Source of the DNA: the human T2T-CHM13v2.0 reference genome, Homo sapiens
Direction: 5' to 3' (one strand)
DNA: 64,000 nucleotides
NCBI RefSeq assembly: GCF_009914755.1
Contig: NC_060927.1
Numbering within the stretch: the stretch's first letter is position 1; every line of letters begins with the position of its first letter. The position numbers and the translations under genes were made by a program. Below the pieces are notes generated by a model. That model saw only the letters and a list, made by a program, of their open reading frames with translations, was not told the DNA's origin and ran no database searches. Below are positions 26,861 to 41,644 of this stretch, piece by piece.

Positions 26861-27800
26861 GGGAATACAGCAGGGAAAGCTTAAGCCTTCAGTTCATTTT
26901 TACACGAGAATTTTTGCCTATCGCCTTGTAGGACGACATAGGGAATAAACTGTATTAGGTACCCAGTTCCTCCTTCGTGTTACTTAAGAGTCTGGTGAGG
27001 TATTTAGGTTGGACGTATTCTGTTCTAATGAAGATAAATTTGACATCCTGATGGCTGATCCCATGTGCTTTAGAATTTGAATCCCAGCTCCATCACTTAC
27101 TAGTTGTGTATCCTTGGAGAAAGTTTCTTAACCTCTTGATGCCTGTTTCCCCTTCCATTAAGTGTCAATTTTAATATTATCTTCTATGTTTATTCATTCA
27201 TTCATCTAACAAATATTGGCTAAGAGCTCACTACATGTCAAGTACTCTGCCAAGAATAGTTAAGTTCCCTAGAGTGCCAGAAACACTTTTCAGTGGATAG
27301 CAGAAGTCAGTAGAGCTGAGAAGTAAGGTTGAAACTGACCTTAGGAGAAGATTAAAGGCTCAGATAATAGGAGAAATGACTCTCACACACTTCCAGGATG
27401 TAGGCCTGGAGGTATTCGGAGCCATGGTGCGTTGTGATTTTGGACATACTGCACTTCCAGTCCCGGTTTCCAAATCTAGAGAATGGATTGATTCAACATA
27501 CCTCACAGAGTTAATTTGGTAGGGATTAAATGAGGGAACATATGGGATGTGACACAGGAAGCAGTGGATAAATTATTACATATGAGTATGTTTGTAAACA
27601 AAATCAATCTTTATGGCCCCGCTGCATAGCAAGTGATCACAGCACTCTAATTTTCTGGTTGAGCCTGACATTGACACATCAGGCAGATCTTACTTTTTGA
27701 ATCAATGGAAAATTCTTGCCTCGTTGGTCTAATGTCACTTAATTTTGGTTCTTTATGTATGGAGACATAAGTAAAGGAAATCTTAAAATAAATGTATTTT

Positions 27801-28207
<407 letters not shown>

Positions 28208-28882
28208 TAGTTTTTTCCTCTGCAGCCAGGCAAAACAGAATCTGAAGAAAACACTTTAAAATTTTGATTTCAAATATAAGATCATGGGGTTCTTTCCCTA
28301 CTCAACTTAGATTAATGGGAATCATCAACTTTAGGGTTTTAATATGGATAAAGATAACTATCGAAGATTCTAAATTATTTAATTTTTGATATTATATTTA
28401 ACCATGGTAGGAAATTAGGATTTGACTAAAACATACTCCTTCCTTTTCCTGTACCTTAGCTTTTTCATACAGGAATGTGCCTGTTCCACTTTGAGATGCT
28501 CAACCAGGTGAGGTGCTAAAACTAGAGGTGAAGCTTAGTTTCTGCTTATTCATTCTATCTGAATGAGATGGCAATTATTAAGCAAATGTTTGCCATACAA
28601 TTTTTATAAAGTTGAATATAACACAGTGGTTAAGACTTAGGGAGACAAAGCTATCTTGTATTCTTTTGCTCTGCCAATTGATTAATATATAATACATATA
28701 ACCAGCAGAAGCTGTAAAGTATGATTTAAATGTAAGGCATAATTTTCTCATTTATTTCACCTTAAATGCATTTATACTCTTTATTATTTATAGAAGAGTT
28801 TTGAGATTGCTAAGCTTTAATTAGTGACATAGCAATAATAAATTTTTATCAATCCCTAAATTAACAAAAATGATGATTGATG

Positions 28883-29174
28883 GGCCAGGCACAGTGGCTC
28901 ACACTTGTAATCCTAGCACTTTGGGAGGCCGAGGCGAGAGGATTACTTGAGGTCATGAGTTCAAGACCAGCCTGGCCAACATGGTGAAACCTCATCTCTA
29001 CAAAAATACAAAAAATTAGCTGGGCATGGTGGCATGCACAAGTAATCCAAGCTGCTCAGGAGGCCGAGGCACAAGAATCGCTGGAACCTGGGAGGTGGAG
29101 GCTGCATGAGCTGAGAGATTGTGCCACTGCACTGCAGCCTGGGCAACAGAGTGAGACTCCATGTCAAAAAAAAA
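28883..29174 (+). mobile_element. AluS (Sx/Sz) with perfect 17-bp TSD
   Basis: aaaaatgatgattgatg at 28866-28882 and 29175-29191. Confidence 0.95.
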
Positions 29175-31579
29175 AAAAATGATGATTGATGACTTTTCCC
29201 ACAAATATTGGATAATACCTCTGCAGATCAAGTCAAATTAGTTAAGTGTCTATATTTTACTCTCATGAGTTGCCCAGTTAAATCCCCAGCCTGTTTTCAT
29301 TCACTCTAATACCCATGATTTCCACTGCTTGGGGCTGGGTCTCCTTCTCCTTTTGGATGCCTGGGTTTGACTGAGTTGTACTTCACGAGCTGCTGATAGT
29401 TACCTGAGAAGGGCCTTCTATATGAGCTTCTTGTATTTCATATATTATTTCATTTTGCTTCACTGGACCCAGACATGCTCTTGGAATTGTATGTTTCCAA
29501 AAATATCACCAGCATGTCTCTAGCCAATAGGAAGATCATGATCTAAAGATACATCTTAGATTATCAGAACCTTAGAGAAATCTAAAGAGGCAAATAATTT
29601 TAAAATAGCAGCATTTGCTTCTGGAGACTGGCTGACACTCTTATGTGAACCAGTGTGAAAATGACTTCTGAAGGCATCCGTCACATTGGCTTCGAGAAGT
29701 CTGTTCCTTCAGCAAATGTATTAGTCCATGCTGCATCCCCACTTTGGCTTATCTGTGTGGTTTGGTTCTAGCTCCCAGCAGGAACAAAAGCTGCCGAGAG
29801 GCAACTTGTTTGGCTTGGGAGCATGCCCAATGTGAAAAGTTTGCAGGCAGAATCCGAAAGAGCAGCTGCAAGAGGAGAGATGGGGGTAGGTGACAGCTAA
29901 TGATTCAGAAAGCAATTTCCATGAGAGCCTTCTGCTGAACAGGAGGCAGCAGTGCCCGGGAGATAGTTTACCATCTAATGCCGGGCTGGTTTCAATAAGC
30001 CAAGTCCTTTTTCTGTCAGTACCTGTGCCCCGAGGGAAAGCGCAGCCAACAGCTTCTATTTACCTGAAATAGTAGGACACACTAATTAGAATTTCAAAGA
30101 GCTTACATCTATTAAAACGTGTGGATCCATTTTATCCTAAGGCTCAGGATGCCCAGCCTCATATAAACTGATTTAACAACAAACGTTTAAGTACAAATCC
30201 AAAGCCATCTATCTAGTATTCCTTCACAACTTCTTGTGTACCAGGCTCTGCACTGTGTTGCTTTCCATACTGTGTCTTATTGAGTAATAGACCTCCGAAA
30301 TGGGTGTTGAAGGTTCCTACCAAGGGATCTGTGTACAAGAAACCATAGCCAGGAAAGACCAAATTATTATTTGTTAAAAGTGAGCTTGGCCCTGTTATCT
30401 CATTTTGGAATTCAGAATGGCTTCTCTCTCTCTCCTCTCCCCCCAAATCACAGATGACTAGAACACAGGACAAGCCTAAGCTAATATGATTTACTCAGAA
30501 TCACAGACCGAGATGCTGGGACTGACTGTGTAGCACACTTGCCACTTTCTAATACAGTAACTCCTCTCACTGCTCAATAGACGTCATGGTTGTTGGTCAA
30601 TAAAGATCACAATTCTTCTTCCAGGAACAGGTTGGAGGGCCGTGGGGTTAGGTTTTCAATTCCCTCGCAAACATTTGATGACTAAGCATGTTCCGAGCAC
30701 GCCTCTTTCTGACATGCTTGATTCCTTTTTTTATAGATGTGCAACTGAAGCAGAAGCTAAGCGACATCCTCAGATCACATAGCCCATGCTTTTAACCTAT
30801 CATACTACTTAAACTTCCTCACCTGCCAGTTTACTTTTTCTCTTGAAGTCTGAGAAACTGAACACAGTTCCAGATAGAAATGAACAACCAGGAAGACGCT
30901 TGAAATGCTCTTATTTTTCCATTACCGAAGATAGTCACTTTTTTTAAGTGAAGTCTTCTAGCTTTTTCGTGGTCATAAGTAACTAATGATATGCTTCAAT
31001 TGATTAAAATGGCCTAGCATTCTCCAACTGTAATACTTCATAGTAAGTTGGCTGTTATATTTCCCTAAGTCCTATGCATGTTTCTAGAGATTAGATGCTG
31101 TCAAATAGCTTTCTTGAAATAAATACAAGATTCTGGTTTTTAAATTTATCACTTCTTTTACTCTTGCAGTGGCTTTTTTTGAATTGTTGGACATGATAGA
31201 TATGGGAAATACTTCATTAGATCACAAATTTTAGAACCTATAACATACATATAGAACAGAACTTTAAACAGAGATTAGAGGAAGCTAAGTTACTAGAAAA
31301 TGTAGTATAAATCATTATTGAAATAGAGCTTAACACATTATAATTCATCTGAAAAGAAGCTCAGATTATGATTGTCAGTTATTTAATGTTCTGTTCAAAG
31401 ATAATGAAAACACTGTTAAAGGTATGGTATTTTGACTGCCATTGGAATGGTCTGATTTCAAACAGCAATGCATTAGTTGTGCTTAAATGGATAAAGAATG
31501 TTGAATAAGTGAAGAGAAAATAGGAGAACTGCATTCTAATCTTATCTTGGCCACTGACGGGAATAAAGTTGACTTTTAG

Positions 31580-31933
<354 letters not shown>

Positions 31934-32984
31934 TGAAAAAAAAAGCTAACTCAGTTTTCTCACCTGTAACATGAAGAAGTGGCCATTTAAAAAATAATAG
32001 TTGATTATCTTTAGTTCTGTAATTTTAGAAGCATCTTGATTTGATTTATGCATAAACTCTCACAAGAAAAAAATGTCCTTTTATTTCTAAAATGTCTGTA
32101 ACATTGGATTAACATAGCAAATGAAATCTTTTGAGGATTGTTCAAAGGGTCACCAATTTAGAATTCATCTCCTCTGTTGGTTTTTATTTTTTGTTTTAAC
32201 TTTTACTATATCTATGATAGGGTTTTTTTCCCCCTGCACTGGGACTGACAGATGGAATGGTTAAAGAAACACATCAACACTTATTTTAGATACTTTGTTA
32301 TCAGACCCATTCTGTGAACTTTGCTCTATCCATGAATTATTTATTTCATTTGATGTGTTTTTCCCTGGATTCATAAAATTTCGTTTTGTCATGATGTTTC
32401 TTCCCGTTTATGGGACTATAAATGCAGCTGACTAAACCTCTTTAATGGCTGAACACATATCATGTCTTTGAGTGAAGGATGTGATTTCTCTTTCTGTTCA
32501 CAGACATGTTCACATTTTCATTTATTTGCTTTTCTTCTGTTCACTCATGACAATAGTGTCAGTGGAGAAATAAAATGATGACATCTGATACTTATTTAAG
32601 TTGGAGTCAGAAGACTTGAGCTTTCTCTAACTTTTTAGATTTGCTAGCTTTATAGCAATGTGTACCTCACTTGTTTTCTCTGAATCTCAGTTCCTCTTCT
32701 ATAAAATGTGAATAATTATGCCTATAACACAATGTAGTTAGAATGGTAAACAGAAAAGAAATTCTTCCCATCTGCTCTCGTGTTGGAGAAAAATAATTGA
32801 ACTGACTTTCATCAGATTTGGAAGTTTGCAATGGTCCGTTTGAAAATATTAGCTAAATGGGATACTGTGAAGACCCTCTGAAGGCACTTCAAAGAGATAG
32901 ACAAATATCTCCAAGATCATCAAAATCAAAGATAAAATGAGAAGCATTTTGACCTTTCATCAGGAGACAGATGATGTATAATTT

Positions 32985-33170
32985 CAGTAGTTCTTAACTT
33001 TGGCTATAGATGGAGAATCTCTTGGGGAACTTTAAAAAATCTTAAAGCCCAGACAGTTACTTACACCAATTAAATATGAATTTCTGGGGCTAGAGAGTTG
33101 CACCAAGACATTGGTATATTTTAAGACTCACAGGATGGTTCCTATATGCAGTGAAGATTGAGAACTCTAC
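32985..33170. mobile_element. MER5 (A1/B-type) hAT MITE
   Basis: Termini cagtagttcttaactttggct ... gattgagaactctac; internal gaatctcttggggaactttaaaaaat. Confidence 0.8.
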
Positions 33171-33739
33171 ATATGTTAAGATATTGTGGCTAAGTATCAC
33201 AAAAGTGGATGTTGTCACAGGGTAGTTCTGCTTCTTACATGGGCAACTCCATGCCAATGAGTAGCAACATGAATTCTTTAAAAATTTTACATAGAAGCCA
33301 GTTTTATAGATATATATAAACACTGTAAGAGGCTACCAGACATTAATTAAAGAAACTCAGAGTATGTTAGCATTAAAAGCATATCTCCAACACAATGTCA
33401 GTAGAAGGGATAGAAGGGATTCTGGGGCTGTGATATGGATGCCTCCATACCTGGATCATTGAGAGAGAGACAGGAAATATCTCCAAATCACTGAAATTTT
33501 CAGAAAAGCCTGTGATTCTTTTGGGAGTCATGATATTAGGGCTCATGACCCTTGACTCTTGTTTCATAATATAGGGACCCACAGTTACATACGAAGTCTA
33601 TACCTGAGGCTTCTTATATGGTAGAAGTGGAAAGGACAAATATTTTTTACTGAAGAAAGAAAAAGAGATATGAGTGGGGAGAATGGAGTAAAGAAAGAGA
33701 AAAGCAAAAGTAATCCATCTAGAGAAGACTTACTTTTGG

Positions 33740-33945
33740 GCAATCCCTCATCGTATAATCATGTGTATTTCTTCCTTCCATTTCATGCTTTACTCTATAT
33801 AGGCATTTAATAGTTTGTCTTCCACATATTTTAAGTTCCATTAAGGAGATTGATGTCTGCTGGCATTTTGTTTTCTGGATTCCAGGCACTTAGCAAAGTC
33901 CCTCAATAAGCATTTGTTGAATGAATGCATGAATTAATGAATGAA
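33740..33945 (+). mobile_element. L2 LINE 3' end with (TGAA)n tail
   Basis: ccaggcacttagcaaagtccctcaataagcatttgttgaatgaatgcatgaa. Confidence 0.7.
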
Positions 33946-34156
33946 TCAATCAATCAATTTAACTTCAAACTCAGCACCCTTCTCAAAAGAGTTACCTGCT
34001 TTATACCATACTTGAGAAGGTTACGTTGTTTTATCATTAGGCCAAAATCGAATCAATCAATCAATTTAACTTCAAACTCAGCACCCTCCTCAGATGAGTT
34101 ACCTGCTTTATACCATACTTAAGAAGGTTATGTTGTCATATCATTAGGTCTAAAAG
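33943..34156. repeat. 107-bp direct tandem duplication (2 copies, ~90% identical)
   Basis: gaatcaatcaatcaatttaacttcaaactcagcaccct... starts at both 33943 and 34050. Confidence 0.95.
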
Positions 34157-34169
34157 AGAAACCAGGATC

Positions 34170-34655
34170 TTGATTTTAGAACTTGAGGTCATCTCTTCTA
34201 TCATCTCATACAATGTAGGAATTCACTCTATAAACCAGGTAGTGGTCATCTAGTCTCATTTTGAGAGCTCTTGTGATCTGAATGCTCTAGTTGATGATTT
34301 AACTCATCCTGTATATAAATAGCTATAGCTGCTATGAAGTCCTTCCTTATATCTGCCTCCCTGAAGCATCTTACCCATTGATCCTACCTTGTCCTGGTGG
34401 AACTGGAATGAAAAATATTCCAGTCTCACATACATACATTGGCACTTCAGATATTTGTAGCCCATCATCACATCCCTAAAGTCTTCTCTTCGGGTCAAAT
34501 ATTGTAGTGTTTTTCCTATAAATCATGTGAGAGTATGTCTAGGCTCCTCACCATTTTGTTTATCCCTGTTTTCACTCGCTTTTGTTTTCTAAAGTTACTT
34601 CCCCCAAATTGTGCTCAGACTGGGATTTCGTGCTTCAAATGTGGTCCATCTGAGA
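34170..34655 (-). mobile_element. CR1/L3 LINE relic
   Basis: gtggtcatctagtctc...acccattgatcctacc...cttcagatatttgtag...gtcttctcttc...caaatgtggtc resembles the L3 3' region, antisense. Confidence 0.55.
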
Positions 34656-35695
34656 AAGAGGGACCCCCCAAAACCTCCCACACACATGCACGTACACCCA
34701 AGGAAAACTATATTTCTATTAAATGTAATTCTTATGTCATAAAATCTATATATGTTTATTTAAAAAATAAAAACAATATAGAATAGCATAAAGAAAAACA
34801 CAAAAATCCTTCAGAATAGCTCATTAGCTAAAGACAAGCCCTTTCAGATTCTTTCATATCCATTGATCTATCTGCTTTTTTCTACATATATCATTTGTGC
34901 ATTCATTTGTGTCAACATCACATAAACACACATGCAAACATATGTACATAATTTTACCTAAATAGAAATATAGTGTTTTAATCTTATGTTTTAAGACTGA
35001 TTATAAGTACTGAGCATTATTACCTGACAATAATTTTAGTTCCACATTAAAGTTTGCGAAACTCCTGAATGTTAGCTAAAATGCAGCCCACAGATACTTT
35101 CTTTCTACCCTCCAAGACCTGCACAACGTTTTAAAAGCCAGGACATTTTGCAGCTTCTCCTGCGAAGAGGATAATCTGGTGATATTGAGTCTGTAGTCTT
35201 ACAAGGATGTGATGGAAACTGAAAGGCAGGTGTCTCCTCTACAATGAGCAGGTGCTCCCCAAACAGCTTAGCCATTAGCTTGGCCTGTTTCTTGCAAAAA
35301 GCCGATGCAACCACCCCTCGGGTTGAGTTAGTGTCCCCTGAACATCACCATTTTAATAACTGTAGAACTATATGCAAGGGATAAACCAGGATTGATTTCA
35401 TAAATCTCCTTTTGATAGGCCTTAATGTTGGTTCCATATTTTCCGTTTTGTGAATAGAGTTGCGGCAAACATCTTTGTACAACATATTTACCCAGATACC
35501 TGATAATTTATTATAATGAAATTCTACACTGGATGTAAATCATTGAGCCAAAATAGACTTTTAGAACTACTTTTCTTCTTTTTATCATAGTCAGGTCCAT
35601 GGAAGCAGCCCGCATCTTTCACTCGCACTGTGTTAAGCAAAATTTGACCACTGTATATGTAGACATAGGTAAAACATAGAATTGTTCAAACTTCA

Positions 35696-36136
<441 letters not shown>

Positions 36137-37801
36137 TTAAATTAGGAAAATTATTAAATACAGAAAAATTTAGAAAAAAATATACTTTAGAGAGAATAAA
36201 TATCATCATTGCTATTTTTTCCACTATTACATGCATTTATGTTCATATGCATATGTAAATCTACTCATTTTATACACAGTTTAATAATGTTAAGATATGC
36301 TGTTTATGTCATTTTTATCTATATTACATTTTCAATTAACATCATAACATGGCCATTTCCCATATGATCTAGTGTTCTTCATTTAGATAATTTGTAAGTT
36401 GCTGAATATTCCAATATATGGGGTCACTTATTTAAATAATCTCCTATTATTCGGCACTTAAGTTGTTCCCAAGTTTTTCGTTTTACAAACAATGTTCCAG
36501 TTAGTGCCATTGTACATAGATTTCTGTTACTTCTTCTGGTTTCACACTTAGAACACATTTCTAAATATGTAATCACTAGGTCGCAAATCCACTTGTAACT
36601 CACATAGGCAATTTTTCAGAAATCTAAATCTAGACCTTCACATTTGAAATTATTTCAGTTATATCCCTTTTATCTGTTTTGCTCCTTTTTTTTTTTTCTA
36701 CACTGCTGAGGTAGGTATTTTAACACATCCCTCATTGATCCTGTTGCCTCTTCCAAGCACGTTGCTTGGTTTGCATTAACTGGGCATTTTCCCAAAATGT
36801 CCCTTGGAATTCCCCCAAAGATAGTTGCTCAATACCACTCTCTTTCCCAGGTACTAAAAAATGCAGTTGTAATGACTTGTTAACTTGTAGATATGATTAA
36901 GCCCCACAGTTTTCCCATGAAAGTTTACTATTTGGCACTGGTCCTGCAGGAAGGTGGCAATGTTACTCACACAGTGAATTTGCATTGATATTCGATATAG
37001 GCATCATGGCATATGAGGAAGCAAAATCTGAGAAAGGATTTAAATGTGAAAGTCATTATGCAAATGATAAATATTATTTATTATTAAGTATAATTAATAG
37101 TTGCCAAGCAGATGTTTTTCCTAACCAAGTGCCATATACCTTTTAAAATAAATGTTTGTAATTAATAACATTTAGATAGGGGGAAAATAAGTTTTTCTCA
37201 ACTTTTTCATTATAGCCCAGATTTTGCCAGGCAAACAACTTGATAGAATCAATAGAAGCTTAGTTAAGCAGGTGATAATCTTCTCTTGGCCTCCAATTTA
37301 TCACTAAATGGCTTTTCCATGGATTGCAATCATTGAAAGGTTGTAATTGTAGCCTTCTGCTATATTTACTGTTAGAAAATGTTCTTTTAAATTGAGCACG
37401 CTGTGGGTTTGTGAACACTTGTTTGTCATTCATGATGATTAGGTTCCCCCATATTTGAACTGGTACATAAAATGCCAGTCATAGTGTTTTAAAGTGATTT
37501 TTCCCTCGGCAGTTTTGATTAGATGCCTTGGGTCAGTGCTTAGTTAATATCTTGCACCACTTGGCTTCTGTAAGCAAATGAGAGAGCTGAACATTCCACC
37601 CACGACCTGCTTGGAAAGCTGATAAATAATTGGAAAAGGACAGTAATATCTGTAAGACTTTCAATCTGTTCCATTCAGTGTGATATTGGTATTATAACAC
37701 AAGCCAAGTTGTCAGTAAAAAATCACAGTCAAAGCATTCTGAGTAGTTGACGGAGGTGTGAGAAAGGAGTATTTCAGTTTTATAAAGATGGTTCCTCTAG
37801 C

Positions 37802-37815
37802 TGGCAAGAGGGCGC
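37802..37815 (+). promoter_or_regulatory. Candidate CTCF motif in apparently unique sequence
   Basis: TGGCAAGAGGGCGC; the 3' part AGAGGGCGC is a perfect match and retains a CpG. Confidence 0.35.
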
Positions 37816-38654
37816 ATATTCATTTTTTAATAACACACAGAGCATCCACCCCTGCTCCTTGTCCCCATGACTATTCTGTTTAGACCTCCATGCCTTCCCA
37901 ACTGCCTCTCCCCTCTTAGCAGCTGCTCATTTCAGGACTTGCTTTGGAATATCTACTGGAGACAGCACTGAGGTGCCCAAAATTAACTCAGAATCCAGAA
38001 ACTAGTGAAAGGTATGGGAACTAAAATTGAATAGTTATAAGGTGGTACCGTGTTCATGAAGATGATACAGTAGCAGACTGCCTGCTGTATATCACACAGT
38101 AGGTATGCTGTCTTTTTACTTTATTTTTTTTTCCCAGGGACAAGAGAATAGAATTATGTCTATCTGTTCATGCTTGGGATTACCAGTGCATATTGTCTAC
38201 AATTGTAAGATAAAACTAGAGGACAGGTATTGATGCAGTCTTTGACTGTCAATAAGATGCATATAACAGATAAAATGGGGCCTACACCCAGCCCTGTTTA
38301 CAATGACAGACTTGTTAAAATGAGCATCTATCAGAACATTAAAAATTGATTACAATCCTAAGTGGCCTGGAGGTGTGTAGGGAAGGTGAAAGATGCTGAC
38401 GGCACACACTGTCCAGGTGCTGTCAGAATGTTTTAGGGGCTGATAGAGAGTATATGCCCTGCCATGGATCTTTTCCACATCAGATGGGAACAACGCTTCT
38501 CCTCCGGAGATCAATACCTCATACAAATTTTTACAAGGCAGACCCCACAAACGTGGTGTCTGGAGTAATCATTTGATTTTCCCCAACCCATATGTGGCTG
38601 TGGAATGAAATAAAGCTAATGTTCAGGCAAACAAAGGGTATTGAAAATGATACA

Positions 38655-38845
38655 TGTTCTGGAGTGAGACAGACTGTGTGGCAATCCCAACCCTACTGTT
38701 GACTTAGTTCAGTAAATTGAACAAGTTCTTTATATTCTCTGAACTGCAGTTGCCTTGTCTGTAGGTGGAAATAGGGTCAGTCCTTGCTGGGTTAATGTAG
38801 TATTAGAGATAATATATGTGAAAAGCCAAGCATAGTACTGATATT
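38655..38845 (+). mobile_element. MIR SINE
   Basis: ctggagtgagacagactg...aatcccaaccctact...aacaagttc...gagataatatatgtgaaaagcc. Confidence 0.65.
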
Positions 38846-39959
38846 AAAAAGACAGTAAAAGCGGTAGCTGTTTCTATAATTCAGGAAAAATATTATATCT
38901 GACATAGACCATCCTAAAGTGAAACAATGTTCGATAAAACTTACTGGAAGAACATAGAGTAGGCAAGTGGTCAAACGATTGCGTGTCTATATCCTATGAT
39001 TATAACACATCAAATTATATCCAAATAGGTTCTCAATATGTAGTGTAGGCAACACATTTCCAATTAATTATAAGAACTAAGCCTTTATAATTTTTTGGTG
39101 TCTTAGTGTTTGATTTTTTTAATCTTAATAATGTATTAGAGTGCCTCTGAGTTTAGCTCTTACTAAATTATAAAGGCACTCATTTTAGACCTAAATATAT
39201 GGTTCACCCAATGCAGGTGGGGAAAAAAACAAACATTTTTGGCAGACTGACTCTGGCTTGCTGGGGCTCTGTTCTCAGTTCACAGACCAAGGAGTATCGT
39301 CAGCCAGACTGATAGGTTGATCATTTCTAAGTGTACTTGGTTTAGATCAAGATGTCAATTTCCAGCAGCAATAGGCACTTGCAGATAGTCTCATTTTCTT
39401 GAGCATAAGAATGCGTCTTTTCCTATATTTTTGAGAATATACTAGCTGCTGGCCCATGTAAAAACTATGAAGTTATTAAAGGACACTCAATGCTTCCCAC
39501 CTGGTCATTTTTCTCACCTTCAGGAGTAGCCTCAAATGTGAACTGCCTCCAGTTACTGGGATGCCCCATCCTTTCCCACTGTCATTACCTCCACACTCAT
39601 AATCGCTTCTATCAATTCTAGCACCTAAAGGAGCCAGGCTTTGTATCCGTTTATATTGTTCACTTTATATTAGCTGAAATTGCACTAGCTCTTGCCCCTG
39701 TCAAATGGATATCAATCTTTCATTCATTAGTTAAAAATATGAACCACTTAAATCAGGAAGTGCAAGACAGTATCATCTTGAGGGCCTTTTTTGAATGATT
39801 AGTGGTGGCTGCCCAGAAACACTCATAAGAGAAGAGTTCAGAACATGTCAAGGCTTTGTCTAGCCATAGTGGAGAATGCCGTGACTTACTAGCAATGTCT
39901 GCCCTTGGTAAAAGAGAAAATAATAGAAATAGGAAGAGTGACATAGAGGACTGAAAGGA

Positions 39960-40430
39960 TGGCCACTCTCAGGCTTCTCATCCTTGCTCTTAGTGCCCTT
40001 CTTGGAGACTGGGATCATTTTCCCACCTTCCATTACGTGGCTGTAGAGTCCATTTCCAAACTATTCATTTGTTCCTTCAATTTCCCATTAATTCCTGCCC
40101 ATCCTCCTGACTCAGAAACTTCATGCATTCTGTTCCCTCAGACTGGATGCTTTGCTGAGGATCCCTTCTCCAAAGTGCCCCCTGCAAGAAGGCTCTACCT
40201 TATTTACTCTAAGAAACGACACCAGTTTGTTGTATGTTGTAGCACTCCCCTCTTTTGTGCCATAGAAATTATATAAATTTGTAATTATTCCTTGATATGT
40301 TTATTTGTGTATTTATTACCCCCTGCACCAAATGCTAAACTCAGTGAGCTCAAGAACCGTGTCTCTCTTTTTGGCTATTCCCTCATACTCAGCACAGATG
40401 CCTGGAAGGCAGTAGGCATTTGAAACGCTG
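39960..40430 (+). mobile_element. L2 LINE 3' fragment
   Basis: tgctaaactcagtgagctcaagaaccgtgtc...ctcagcacagatgcctggaaggcagtaggc. Confidence 0.6.
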
Positions 40431-41323
40431 GAATGCATTCAAGTTTGGGGATTCCAACTTAATCAAATAAGGTTCCTGACTTCCTACATCTCATATTCTA
40501 GTGAAGAAGAAAGTCGATTAAGTAAATTATTATGATGCAATGAGACAAAAGCAATACAGGCATAAGGGAATATTGCTGCGTGGGTAGGGTGACAGGTGTA
40601 GAGATAGCATCACAGATGTAATGGTAAGGTTGGGTTTTGAAGAGTAAGACTTAAAAATAAACCTCAATAAAATTTCTGTGTAAGAAAAGTTAAACACTGC
40701 AACAACTGCTCTCTATTTGAATGTTATGTTCTACCATTGAAGTTTTATTTGTGAATCGAATGACTAGATATTTTAACATGTACCTATAGTAGCATCCTAA
40801 ATGCATTTTAAAAGAAATATAAAGGATACTTTGCCTACCGAGGGCCCACAATTAGGCTTTTCCTTTAAGGATATTCTTAGTCTTAACCCTTTATCCTGCT
40901 TTGTACTTGATATATCCCCATTTATTCTGATCGAGTAGCCCAGATGGAAGCTTTTTGTCCATTTGCAAAGGTCAGTGGGGGTTATGTGAGCATGAGTCTG
41001 CTGAAATTTTAAGCAAAAAATGGCCCAAGCATTTCTTATAGTTTGGGGACATGTAGTTATAGTGAAATAATTTAGATAAATGAAACTGGACTTGTCTTTT
41101 AGATTTAAAAACATAATTTGGGGATAATAAAGGAAACATCATTACTAGTCTAGCAAGGGATATTTAAAATAAAAGGTGGTTTTATGTACGCTGCTAACTT
41201 TCTTACAGCTTCAATGATAAATTATTAGATATTATGTTCATCATATCGGGAGGTCACATATAACTTTCCAGTTGAAGTTTTTTAGAAATTGGCTGGAATT
41301 TTTTGTTTTGTTTATTTTTTTAA

Positions 41324-41644
<321 letters not shown>

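Noticed and set aside
38070-38111. Short RNA hairpin (tgcctgctgt / acagtaggta with extension)
   Set aside because: About 42 nt with G-U pairs and a bulge; too short for a pre-miRNA and within chance.
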